The notes: generated from the sequence alone by a model not told the origin. DNA of 64,000 nucleotides from Acidimicrobiales bacterium (GCA_041394285.1 JAWKIL010000026.1:1763-65762); one strand, 5' to 3'; shown: positions 26,446-35,484, counted from the first letter of the stretch. Numbers and translations are program-made.

Positions 26446-29007
26446 GTGGGTCGGGGCCAGCTCCGTATCTACCTGGGGGCTGCGCCCGGCGTAGGCAAGA
26501 CCTACGCCATGCTGGGCGAGGGCCGCAGCCGCCGGAGCCGGGGGACCGACGTGGTGGTGGCGTGGGTCGAGACCCATGGCCGGGCCGAGACGGCGGCCCA
26601 GATCGCGGACCTCGAGGTGTTGCCCGCCCTACGGGTGCGCCACCGAGGTGTGGAGATCGGTGAGATGGACCTCGACGCCGTGCTGGCCCGCCACCCGGAG
26701 GTCGCTCTGGTCGACGAGCTGGCCCACACCAACGCGCCGGGCAGCCGCAACGCCAAGCGGTGGCAGGATGTAGCCGAGCTGCTCGATGCCGGCATAGACG
26801 TGATCTCCACGGTCAACATCCAGCACCTGGAGTCGTTGAACGATGTGGTGGAGGCCATCACCGGGGTCCGCCAGCGCGAGACCGTACCCGACGAGGTGGT
26901 GCGGTCGGCCCATCAGGTGGAGCTGGTCGACCTCACGGCCGAGGCTCTGCGCCAGCGGATGGCCCACGGCAACGTCTACCGGGCCGACCGGGTCGATGCC
27001 GCCCTGGCCAACTACTTCCGGCCGGGCAACCTGTCGGCCCTGCGGGAGCTCGCCCTGCTGTGGGTGGCCGACCGGATCGACGAGACCCTGGCCGACTACC
27101 GGACCCACCACGAGATCGCCATCCCTTGGGAGACCAGGGAGCGGGTGCTGGTGGCGATCACCGGCCGCTACGACAACGCACACATCATCCGCCGTGCGGC
27201 TCGGATCGCCCGGAGGAGCCACGCCGAGCTGGTGGGGGTGCACGTGACCCCGGCCGACGGTCGGCCCGCCGGCGGGGAGGACCATCTGCCCGGGCATCGC
27301 CGCCTCCTGGCCGACGTGGGCGGGACCTACCACGAGCTGGTGGCGGCCGATCCGGCGGCGGCGCTGGCCGGGTTCGCCCGTTCGGCCGACGTCACCCAGC
27401 TGGTGGTCGGGGCGTCCCAGCGGAGCCGGTGGGAGGAGCTGATCCGAGGCTCGTTCGTGAACGACGTCATCCGCAGCTCGGGCGGGACCGACGTGCACGT
27501 GATCTCCCCCCGGGGCGCGAGGGCCGGGGCCCGCCTGGCCGGCCAGCGTCGCCGGCGGTGGCCCGCCGTGCTGCGTTCGTTGGTGCCGGCGCCGGTCCTT
27601 CCGGTCCGGCGGCGGGTGGCCGGCTGGCTGCTGGCAGCGGCGGGCACGCTGTGCCTGGCGGTGGTGCTCGCCCGGACCCGCTCGTCTGTCGACCAGGCCG
27701 GGCGCCTGCTGCTGTTCCAGCTGGTGGTGCTGGCGGCGGCTGCGGTGGGGGGCACGGGTCCGGCGGTCACCGCGTCGATCCTGGCCGCCGCTCTGCTCAA
27801 CTGGTTCTTCACCCCACCCGTCCACACCTGGACGGTCGCCAGCCCCGCCGACCTCTTGGCCCTGGTGCTGTTCCTGTCGTTGGGCTTGGCCGTGGGGGTG
27901 CTGGTGAACTCGCTGGCCACCCGGTCGTCGGAGGCGGCCCGCGGCCGGGCCGAGGCTGAGGCGCTGGGCCGTGTGGCCTTGGACATCGCCACGCTCGGCG
28001 AACCGCTGCCGGTGATCCTGGGACGAATGGTCGACTGGCTCGGACTCGACGGGGCGGCGGTGACCCGGGACGGGGTGGTGGTGGCGTCGACCGGAGCCAG
28101 GACGGCGGCGGGGGCCGACGGCACCACGGCGGTGGCCATGCCCGAAGGCGACCTGCTGGTGCGGGGGTCGTTGACGGCCGACCGGCGCCGCCTGCTCACG
28201 GTGTTCGCTTCCCACGTGAGTGCGGCGCTGGAGCAGCGTCGGTTGCGGGAGGCGGAGGCCGGGCGGGAGGTCGAGGACCGGGCCGACGCCCTCCGCGTCG
28301 CACTCCTGCGGGCCGTGTCGCACGACCTGCGGACTCCGCTGGCATCGATCAAGGCGGCGGCCACCAGCCTTCTCGACGACGACGTGGTGTTCACCCCGTC
28401 CGACCGGGCCGCTCTGCTCGAGGCGATCGACGCCGAGGTCGACCGGCTCGATCGGTTGGTGGCCAACCTGCTGGACGCCAGCCGCCTCGGGGCCTCGGCG
28501 GTGGCTGTCCACGCCGTGGCCGTCGACCTCGACGACCTGGTGCCGGCGTTGCTCCGTTCGGGCGGCTGGGGCGACGCCGGTTTCGTCCTCGACGTGGCGC
28601 CGGGCCTGCCGGCGGTGCTGGTAGATCCCGGCCTGCTGGAGCGGGTGCTGGCCAACCTGATCTCGAACGCTCTACGGGTGTGCCCGCCGCAGGACATCCG
28701 CGTGGCCGCCAGCGCCCTGGGCCCTCAGGTGGAGCTGCGCGTGGTCGACCACGGGCCCGGGGTGGAGCCGGTGCAGCACGAGTTGCTGTTCGAGCCGTTC
28801 CAGCGGTTGGGCGACGGGCCCGGGAGCGACGGCGTGGGCCTCGGCCTGTCGGTCGCTCGGGGCCTGGTCGAGGCCATGGGCGGCCACCTCACCCCGGAGA
28901 CGACTCCCGGCGGTGGGCTGACGATGGTCGTCGCCCTACCCGTGGCGCCGGGTGCAGGGATCACACCGGACGGCGAGCAGGGGGAGTGCGGCGGTCATGG
29001 GCGCTGA
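26446..29007 (+). CDS. kdpD: Sensor histidine kinase KdpD
   Basis: 853 aa with an N-terminal KdpD domain (P-loop GAAPGVGKTYAML), a Usp-like region, a TM bundle, the HisKA H-box SHDLRTPL and a HATPase_c domain. Confidence 0.9.
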   Translation: MGRGQLRIYLGAAPGVGKTYAMLGEGRSRRSRGTDVVVAWVETHGRAETAAQIADLEVLPALRVRHRGVEIGEMDLDAVLARHPEVALVDELAHTNAPGSRNAKRWQDVAELLDAGIDVISTVNIQHLESLNDVVEAITGVRQRETVPDEVVRSAHQVELVDLTAEALRQRMAHGNVYRADRVDAALANYFRPGNLSALRELALLWVADRIDETLADYRTHHEIAIPWETRERVLVAITGRYDNAHIIRRAARIARRSHAELVGVHVTPADGRPAGGEDHLPGHRRLLADVGGTYHELVAADPAAALAGFARSADVTQLVVGASQRSRWEELIRGSFVNDVIRSSGGTDVHVISPRGARAGARLAGQRRRRWPAVLRSLVPAPVLPVRRRVAGWLLAAAGTLCLAVVLARTRSSVDQAGRLLLFQLVVLAAAAVGGTGPAVTASILAAALLNWFFTPPVHTWTVASPADLLALVLFLSLGLAVGVLVNSLATRSSEAARGRAEAEALGRVALDIATLGEPLPVILGRMVDWLGLDGAAVTRDGVVVASTGARTAAGADGTTAVAMPEGDLLVRGSLTADRRRLLTVFASHVSAALEQRRLREAEAGREVEDRADALRVALLRAVSHDLRTPLASIKAAATSLLDDDVVFTPSDRAALLEAIDAEVDRLDRLVANLLDASRLGASAVAVHAVAVDLDDLVPALLRSGGWGDAGFVLDVAPGLPAVLVDPGLLERVLANLISNALRVCPPQDIRVAASALGPQVELRVVDHGPGVEPVQHELLFEPFQRLGDGPGSDGVGLGLSVARGLVEAMGGHLTPETTPGGGLTMVVALPVAPGAGITPDGEQGECGGHGR

Positions 29008-29689
29008 GCTGCGGCTGCGGGTTCTCGTGGTGGACGACGAGCCGCAGATCCGCAAGGCCCTGGAGATCAACCTGCGGGCCCGGGGCTACGGGGTGGAGCT
29101 GGCTGCCACCGGAGAGGAGAGCCTGCTTCTCGCGGCCGAGCGCCCCGTCGACCTGGCTCTGATCGACCTCGGACTGCCCGGGATCGACGGGATCGAGGTG
29201 GTGCGGGGAATCCGGGGCTGGAGCGACCTGCCGGTGATCGTGCTGTCCGTGCGCGAGTCGGAGCAGGACAAGGTGGAGGCCCTCGATGCCGGGGCCGACG
29301 ATTACGTGACCAAGCCGTTCGGGATGGCGGAGCTGCTGGCCCGGATGCGGGCCGTGACCCGCCGGAGCGCAGGGCGCGACGGCGAGGCCGCTGTGCTGGT
29401 GGCGGGAGAGTTGGTCATCGACCTGGCGGCCCGTACCGTCTCCGCCGCGGGCCAGCCGGTATCGCTGACGCCGATCGAGTGGCGGTTGCTCGAAGCCCTG
29501 GCCCGCCACCCGGGGAAGCTCGTCACCCAACGCCAGCTTCTCCAGCAGGTGTGGGGGCCGGCCTACGAGCGGGAGACGAACTACCTGCGGGTCCACTTCG
29601 CCAACATCCGCCGCAAGTTGGAGCCGGTGCCGGCGCAGCCCCGCCATGTGATCACTGAACCCGGGATCGGCTACCGCTTCCAACTGTGA
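28997..29689 (+). CDS. kdpE: OmpR-family response regulator KdpE
   Basis: Starts at MGAELRLRVLVVDDEPQIRKAL. The receiver aspartate is in LALIDLGLPG, and there is a winged-helix C-terminus (TPIEWRLL...GIGYRF). It overlaps the kdpD end by 11 nt. Confidence 0.9.
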   Translation: MGAELRLRVLVVDDEPQIRKALEINLRARGYGVELAATGEESLLLAAERPVDLALIDLGLPGIDGIEVVRGIRGWSDLPVIVLSVRESEQDKVEALDAGADDYVTKPFGMAELLARMRAVTRRSAGRDGEAAVLVAGELVIDLAARTVSAAGQPVSLTPIEWRLLEALARHPGKLVTQRQLLQQVWGPAYERETNYLRVHFANIRRKLEPVPAQPRHVITEPGIGYRFQL

Positions 29690-29696
29690 CACGGCC

Positions 29697-29726
29697 AAAG
29701 GGCCCCGGCGATTGCCGGGGCCCTTT
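29697..29726. terminator. Bidirectional terminator hairpin (13-bp perfect stem, 4-nt loop) between convergent kdpE and the acidic-protein gene
   Basis: aaagggccccggc-gatt-gccggggcccttt; the A/T runs sit at the stem ends. Confidence 0.7.
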
Positions 29727-29787
29727 GCAGGCTTGGGGGATGGGGTCCGTCAGCGTCGACGGGGCCGCCATCCCCGGGGGCTGCCGA

Positions 29788-30714
29788 TCAGCTGGGGTCG
29801 AGGATCCCGGCGTCCTGATCGATCGAGTGGTCGTCGACGTCCACGTCGTAGCTGTCGTGGCCATGGTCGTCGTAGCCGTCGTGCTCGTGGTAGTCGCCAC
29901 CCTTGTAGTCGTCGCCGCTTTCGAAGTCCGGCTCGTACTCGTAGCCGTGGTCGTGGGTCTCGGCCACCTGGGTCTGGGTGTCGTTGTCCTCGTAGCTGTC
30001 GTTGAACGAGTGGTCGGCCGAAGCGTTGTAGCTCTCGCTGTAGTGCGAGTCCGAGGTGTCGTTGGCCGTGTTGTCGACCGAGCCGGAGCCGAAGGCCTGG
30101 GCCGAGTCGTTGACGGTGGCGTAGTCCTGCGACACCTGGCCCTGGCCGATCTGGCTGGCCTCACCGGAGCCGACGGTGTTGTTGTCACCGGAGGTGACGT
30201 TGTCGGCATCGGCGTTGCCGCCGGCCTGCTGGCCCGAGTTGTCGCCCTGGTTCTGCACGCCGGAGTCGCCCCCGACCTGCTGGCCGTCGCCGGTCTGGAC
30301 CTGGTTGTGGCCCACCTCGTCGCCGGCGATGGCACCCGTGGCGGTGGCGTTGGCCACGTTCGAGGTGTTCTGCTGGATGACGTCGCCGTGCACCTCGCCG
30401 TCCACGTGGAGGCTCTGGTCGATCTCGTTGACGATCTGGTTGTTGTTGACCACCACGGTCAGACCCTCGACGGGCGATCCTTCACCCCAGCCGGGCTGCG
30501 CCTCGAGCTGGTCGATCACCTGGTCGGCCAGGGCCGGGTCGGCGCCCGACTCGATCAGAGCCTGCCGCACGGCGGCGGTGAACTCCTCGGGGCTGGCCCC
30601 GTCGGCGCTGTCGCCCAGGGCTTCCTCGACGGCCGCCGCATCGGTGTCGGGGCCCAGGTTGGCGAAGAAGTCCTTCAGTTCCTGTACCAGCTGATCGTAC
30701 TCTCGCGGATCCAT
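29788..30714 (-). CDS. Highly acidic, Asp/Asn/Gln/Gly/Ser-rich low-complexity protein of unknown function; no signal peptide
   Basis: 308 aa. A good RBS (GGAGGG) lies 7 nt upstream of the ATG. The N-terminal 70 aa are helical (MDPREYDQLVQELKDFFANL...). They are followed by degenerate runs of D/N/Q/G/S and a His/Asp/Tyr-rich tail. Local GC is about 57-60%. Confidence 0.7.
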   Translation of the reverse strand: MDPREYDQLVQELKDFFANLGPDTDAAAVEEALGDSADGASPEEFTAAVRQALIESGADPALADQVIDQLEAQPGWGEGSPVEGLTVVVNNNQIVNEIDQSLHVDGEVHGDVIQQNTSNVANATATGAIAGDEVGHNQVQTGDGQQVGGDSGVQNQGDNSGQQAGGNADADNVTSGDNNTVGSGEASQIGQGQVSQDYATVNDSAQAFGSGSVDNTANDTSDSHYSESYNASADHSFNDSYEDNDTQTQVAETHDHGYEYEPDFESGDDYKGGDYHEHDGYDDHGHDSYDVDVDDHSIDQDAGILDPS

Positions 30715-30996
30715 TGCATTCCCTCCGTTGGATGCTTGTTCGTTGTGTGGGGGTTCCTTGCTGAGATCAACCTACGTCGCCCCGGTCGAGCGGTGATCGG
30801 GGACACCCCCCTACCCCCACGGCCACCATAGGGGATCGCCTTGCGGGCCGGTCGGGAGTTTCCCCCGGTCGGCAGCGATCTGGGGGAATCGACTCCATCC
30901 AGGGGGCTCGATGGCCCCGGGCCGGCCGGTGTGACGGCCGGCTCACCGGCGATGACCTAGAGTCGTGTCGTCGGAGGCGAGCAGGAGGAGACGGCG

Positions 30997-32169
30997 ATGG
31001 GTGTGCAGGACGAGATCCAGGAGATTCTCGATCGAGGGGTGGCCAACGGCGACGTGATCGGGGCCAACGCCGCCGTGGTGGGCCCCGGCGGCGTGACCGC
31101 CTCGGCCGCAGCGGGGCTCCGCTCGTCGGTGACCGGTGCGGTGATGGCCACCGACACGGTGTGCTGGATCGCCTCCATGACCAAGGCCGTCACCGGCCTG
31201 GCTGCCATGCAGCAGGTGGAGCGGGGCAACCTCGGGCTCGACTCGCCGGCCCGGGAGGTGCTGCCCATCCTGGGTGAGCTCCCGGTGCTCACCGGCTTCG
31301 GCGATGACGGCCAGCCCCGCACCCGGCCCCCGGCCCGGGACATCACGCTGCGCCACCTCCTCACCCACACCGCCGGCTTCGGCTACGACATCTGGAGCGA
31401 CGACCTCGCCCGCTACGCCGAGCTCACCGGGAACCCGGGGGTGATCAGCTGCATGAGGAGCGCGCTCACCATGCCCCTCGTGTTCGATCCCGGCGAACGC
31501 TGGTTCTACGGCACCAACATCGACTACGCCGGCCTGATGGTGGAGGCGGTCACCGGCCAGAGCCTGGGGGCCTACATGGCCGAGCACATCTTCGCCCCCC
31601 TCGGCATGGCCAGCACCGGGTTCCGGATCACCGACGACATGCGCAGCCGCCTGTCCGACATGCACGCCCGCCTGGACGACGGCTCGCTGGTGCCCATGGA
31701 GTTCGAGATCCCCCAGGAACCGGAGTTCGAGATGGGCGGGGGTGGGCTGTACAGCACGATCCTCGACTACGCCCGATTCCTGCAGCTGTTCCTCAACCGG
31801 GGCCAGGCCGGGGGAACCCGGGTGGTGAAGCCCGAGACCGTGGCCGAGATGACCTGCAACAACATGGGTGACATCCGGGTGGAGATGTTGAGGACGGCGA
31901 ACCCGGGCTACTCCCACGACGCCGAGTTCTTTCCCGGGGTGCCCAAGAGCTGGGGGCTCACGTTCCAGATCAACGAGGAGCCGGCTCCCACCGGCCGCCC
32001 GGCGGGCGGGCTCATGTGGGCCGGGCTGGCCAACTCGTTCTACTGGATCGACCTGCAGAACGACGTGGCCGGCGTGTACGCCAGCCAGATCGTGCCCTTC
32101 GCCGACCCCCGCACCTACCAGCTGTTTCACGACATCGAGACCGCCGTCTACCGTGAGTTGAACGGCTGA
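30997..32169 (+). CDS. Serine hydrolase, beta-lactamase (class C)/esterase family
   Basis: 390 aa with the SxxK motif SMTKAVTG and a YGTNIDY segment. Confidence 0.85.
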   Translation: MGVQDEIQEILDRGVANGDVIGANAAVVGPGGVTASAAAGLRSSVTGAVMATDTVCWIASMTKAVTGLAAMQQVERGNLGLDSPAREVLPILGELPVLTGFGDDGQPRTRPPARDITLRHLLTHTAGFGYDIWSDDLARYAELTGNPGVISCMRSALTMPLVFDPGERWFYGTNIDYAGLMVEAVTGQSLGAYMAEHIFAPLGMASTGFRITDDMRSRLSDMHARLDDGSLVPMEFEIPQEPEFEMGGGGLYSTILDYARFLQLFLNRGQAGGTRVVKPETVAEMTCNNMGDIRVEMLRTANPGYSHDAEFFPGVPKSWGLTFQINEEPAPTGRPAGGLMWAGLANSFYWIDLQNDVAGVYASQIVPFADPRTYQLFHDIETAVYRELNG

Positions 32170-32210
32170 GCCGCCGGCTGGTCGGCGGCGGGCAGCGGAG
32201 GAGACACGTC

Positions 32211-32978
32211 ATGAGCGGACCGTTCGAGATCGAGCGCCGGGAGCACGAGCGGGGCACGGTGGTGGTGCTCACCATGGCCGACGGGGAGAACCGGTGGAAC
32301 ACCACCTTCACCCGGGCCTTCGATGCCGCCCTCGACGAGGTGGAGGCCACCCCCGGCCCGGCGGTGCTCGTGACCAGGTCGGCCGACCAGCGGTTCTTCT
32401 CCAACGGGCTCGACCTGGGCTGGATCACGTCCAAGGGCGAGCATCCCGGCGGCGACCGCCGGGTGTTCGCCGCCGAGGCCATGGCCCTGTTCGCCCGGAT
32501 GATCACCCTCCCGCTGCCCACGGTGTGCGCCGTCAACGGCCACGCCTTCGGGGCCGGGCTGATGATCGCCATGTGCCACGACGTGCGGGTGATGCGGGCC
32601 GACCGCGGCTATCTGTGCGCCAACGAGGTGGAGCTGGGCTTCGCCATCCCGGAGCCGGAGCTGGCCCTGTTCCGGCACAAGATGCCCCGCCCGGCGTTCC
32701 ACCAGACGGTGCTGCTGGCCAAGCGCTGGACCGGTGAGGAGGCGCTGGCCGCCGGCATCGTCCAGCAGGCGGTGGCGGCCGACGAGGTGGGGCCGGCGGC
32801 CGAGGCGATGGCGGTCGACCTGCTCCGGGTGGCCGGCAACCGGGAGATCACGGCGTGGACCAAGGAGCGGCTCTACGGGGAGAACGCCACCCTGAACCAT
32901 CCCCACGGCCCGGCCCACCTGCTGCGCCACCAGACCGAGTACCTGTCGGGGCCGGGGGCCATCCCGCCCGGCCACTGA
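32211..32978 (+). CDS. Enoyl-CoA hydratase/isomerase (crotonase) family protein
   Basis: 255 aa with a crotonase fold; the oxyanion-hole region reads FFSNGLDL...AVNGHAFGAGLMIAMCHD. Confidence 0.85.
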   Translation: MSGPFEIERREHERGTVVVLTMADGENRWNTTFTRAFDAALDEVEATPGPAVLVTRSADQRFFSNGLDLGWITSKGEHPGGDRRVFAAEAMALFARMITLPLPTVCAVNGHAFGAGLMIAMCHDVRVMRADRGYLCANEVELGFAIPEPELALFRHKMPRPAFHQTVLLAKRWTGEEALAAGIVQQAVAADEVGPAAEAMAVDLLRVAGNREITAWTKERLYGENATLNHPHGPAHLLRHQTEYLSGPGAIPPGH

Positions 32979-33053
32979 GCGAACCCGGCAGCCGTCGGGA
33001 GGCTGCGGGCTCGAGGGTCGGGCGCCCCGGCCGCCGGGACGACCTGTCGGTGC

Positions 33054-33470
33054 TCAGCAGTCGACGAGGAGCGCTTCGAGCAGGTCGCGGGCCGACACGA
33101 TGCCCTGGAGCTCACCGTCGCCCACCAGCAGGTGGCGGATGCCCTTCTCGCACATCGTGCGGGCCGCTTCGGCCGCCGTGGCCCGAGGTGGGCACCAGAT
33201 CAGGTTGGAGGAGGCGATGTCGCCGGCCCGCAGGGAATCGGGGCTCTCGGATCGTCCGAAGGCCCGGGTGAGATCCCGCTCCGACACGATGCCCACGATC
33301 GATGCGGTGGTGCCGACGGCCAGAGCCCCGGTTTCCATGGCGGCGAGCTTCTGGGCCACCTCTTGGAGGCGGGCATCGGGTGAGATCCGGGCCACGGCCC
33401 GGGTCATCAGCGATTGAACGGGGGTCTGGGGGCCGATGGCCTTCGGTTCGGCGCTGCTGTTGGCACTCAT
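33054..33470 (-). CDS. CBS domain pair protein
   Basis: Starts at MSANSSAEP. Two CBS repeats are present (VQSLMTRAVARISPDARLQEVAQKL...IVGIVSERDL and RHLLVGDGELQGIVSARDLL). It begins 10 nt after the HTTM stop. Confidence 0.75.
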   Translation of the reverse strand: MSANSSAEPKAIGPQTPVQSLMTRAVARISPDARLQEVAQKLAAMETGALAVGTTASIVGIVSERDLTRAFGRSESPDSLRAGDIASSNLIWCPPRATAAEAARTMCEKGIRHLLVGDGELQGIVSARDLLEALLVDC

Positions 33471-33480
33471 GGGCCAATCG

Positions 33481-34521
33481 TCATGCTGGAGAGGCCGGGC
33501 CGACAGGGCCCCAAGTCCCACGTCGTGTCAGCCAGGCCGGCGCCGGGCCCGGCCACCGCCAGCGCTCGAGCCGGTAGAGGGGGGCGAAGGCCACCAGGGC
33601 CAGCGGATAGGGGAAGAGCACGAACATGGTGGCGGCCACGGCGGCGTGGAAACCCCAGAGCCCGATCACCCACGGTGTGCGCAGCCGGGACCACAGGGCC
33701 AGGGGGGCGCCCACCTCCAGCACGATGGTGGCCACCGCGGCCGGGGCGAGCAGCCAGCGCCCGCCACGGAGCACCAGGTGGGCCGCCGGCGACGGGGTGC
33801 CGCCCAACACGTCGAGCCGGGCGGCGGAGAAGGCGATGTGGTTGGCCAGGGTGTCGCCGTCGAGCCAGGCTGATCCGCCGATGCGGAGCTTGGCCACCCC
33901 GGCCAGCACGTAGGTGGTGACGGTCACGAGAGCGCACAGGCGCAGCGGCCAGCCGTAGCGGGGATCCTCGGTGGGCGGCGCAGGGTCGGGGCCCAGGTGG
34001 CGGCCCTCGGGGGCCGGGTGGTGGCCGTCGGGGCCTAGGTGGCGGCCGTCGGGGCCCAGGTGGCGGCCGCTGGTGGGGGCGGATGCTGGGCCGGGCGGCG
34101 GTGACGGGCGCCGGATCCGGACGGCGAGGCTGTCGGCGGCCGGGGAGCAGGCCAGCACGAGGGCGTGGAGCACGAGCAGGTTGTCGAAGTAGAGCAGCCG
34201 GCCCCAGGACGACCGGTAGGTGAGCACCACCAGGAGCACGGCGGCGAAGGCCGGGCCGGTGACCCGGAACCACAGGCCGGCGGTCACGGCCGCCGCCAGC
34301 AAGGGGGCGGCGATCACCAGCGCCCGCACCAGCCCGGTGGGTAGCGGCCGATCGAGCGGCGCCAGCACCCCCACCGGATCGAACCCCTCGGTCAGGGAGG
34401 CCGTGGCCCAGAAGGCGGGTAGTCGCACTGTGAGATAGACCAGGGCGAAGGCCCCCACCAGCACCCGGAACACGGCCAGCCGCCGGGCCGGGGCCGTCGG
34501 AGCCAGCCACCGGCCGATCAC
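33481..34521 (-). CDS. HTTM-domain (vitamin-K-dependent gamma-carboxylase-like) polytopic membrane protein
   Basis: GTG start (VIGRWLAPT) in a GTGA overlap with the upstream gene. LAVFRVLVGAFALVYL and several further TM helices match the HTTM layout. The first 63 codons of the listed 409-aa ORF are run-on. Confidence 0.65.
   Translation of the reverse strand: MIGRWLAPTAPARRLAVFRVLVGAFALVYLTVRLPAFWATASLTEGFDPVGVLAPLDRPLPTGLVRALVIAAPLLAAAVTAGLWFRVTGPAFAAVLLVVLTYRSSWGRLLYFDNLLVLHALVLACSPAADSLAVRIRRPSPPPGPASAPTSGRHLGPDGRHLGPDGHHPAPEGRHLGPDPAPPTEDPRYGWPLRLCALVTVTTYVLAGVAKLRIGGSAWLDGDTLANHIAFSAARLDVLGGTPSPAAHLVLRGGRWLLAPAAVATIVLEVGAPLALWSRLRTPWVIGLWGFHAAVAATMFVLFPYPLALVAFAPLYRLERWRWPGPAPAWLTRRGTWGPVGPASPA
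33985..34068. repeat. In-frame 4 x 21-bp tandem repeat inside the HTTM gene, encoding GRHLGPD-type heptads
   Basis: Units start at 33985, 34006, 34027 and 34048. Protein: GRHLGPDGRHLGPDGHHPAPEGRHLGPD. Confidence 0.85.
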
Positions 34522-35009
34522 GGCGCCACCGGGCAGCGGGCGTGGACGGTGCGGGCCAGGGGCGGGGCCCCCTCGACCACCGCCGCCACCAGGTCGGTCT
34601 CCTCGGTCACCACCTCCACCGCCACGAGCGGATCCGGGCCGGCGTCGCCCTCGGTGTCGGCGCCGGTGTCGATGTCGAAGTCGCCGGCCCTGCCGGCGAT
34701 GACGCGGCACACCTGCTCGGCCCGACCCCCGGCGATGGCGTCACCCACGCGGTCGGCCACGATGAGCGGGTCGTCGCTGTCGCCGATGACCGTGGGCGAC
34801 AGCCGAACCCGTTCGCCGGCGGCCGTCACCCCCACCGCCGTCGGCAGGTCGGCCACGCCCGGGCGGGCGTCGGCGTACACCGGGTAGGTCGACAGCGGGT
34901 AGCTGTCGCGCTGGCGCCATGCGGGTGAGGCGACGAGGGCCACCACCGCCACCGATACCGCGGGGCGGATCCAGCTGGCCCAGGGGCGGCGGGCGACTCG
35001 CTCCTCCAT
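34518..35009 (-). CDS. Membrane-anchored hypothetical protein (N-terminal TM helix plus extracytoplasmic domain)
   Basis: 163 aa, MEERVARRPWASWIRPAVSVAVVALVASPAW. It is translationally coupled to the HTTM gene. No family was recognised. Confidence 0.55.
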   Translation of the reverse strand: MEERVARRPWASWIRPAVSVAVVALVASPAWRQRDSYPLSTYPVYADARPGVADLPTAVGVTAAGERVRLSPTVIGDSDDPLIVADRVGDAIAGGRAEQVCRVIAGRAGDFDIDTGADTEGDAGPDPLVAVEVVTEETDLVAAVVEGAPPLARTVHARCPVAP

Positions 35010-35019
35010 CCCGGCCCCC

Positions 35020-35289
35020 TCAGCGCAACAGCAGCGCGACGAGGTTGAGGGCCACGGTCAACACGATCGAGCCCACGAACATGGCCTTCCACGGAACGTA
35101 GACCCGGACCCGGGGAGTGGACCGGCCGGACCGTTCGTCAGGTCCGGCCGGCTCCCCGGGGTTGGCCGGGGGTGGGGCGGCCATCGAGGCCATCCAGCGA
35201 CCGAGTCGCTCGGGCAGGCCCGGGATCAAGCGGATCACGACGTTGAGGGCGATCGTCAGCACCAGCGAGGTGATGAGGAACCGGGCCAT
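35020..35289 (-). CDS. Small two-TM membrane protein, hypothetical
   Basis: 89 aa with hydrophobic helices at both ends and a Pro/Arg-rich linker. Its stop is 10 nt upstream of the next gene's start. Confidence 0.45.
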   Translation of the reverse strand: MARFLITSLVLTIALNVVIRLIPGLPERLGRWMASMAAPPPANPGEPAGPDERSGRSTPRVRVYVPWKAMFVGSIVLTVALNLVALLLR

Positions 35290-35361
35290 GCTCCAGTGTA
35301 TCCCCGTCAGAGCGTCAAGTGTCTAGCGACAATTGACACTCTGGCTGGTGCCTGACCTCTC

Positions 35362-35469
35362 GATCTGCGGCGCCCGGTGCTGGATTTTGCGCGCTGGTGC
35401 CACAGATCGCCAACCCCTTCGGGATCGGTGGCGCGTGGAGCTGGATACTGCGCGCTGGCGCCACAGTTC
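35362..35469. repeat. Two tandem 47-nt palindromic elements, subfamily C, period 61
   Basis: Copies at 35362-35408 (gatctgcggcgcccggtgctggattttgcgcgctggtgccacagatc) and 35423-35469 (gatcggtggcgcgtggagctggatactgcgcgctggcgccacagttc). Confidence 0.8.
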
Positions 35470-35484
35470 CCGGTTGGGGTGGAG

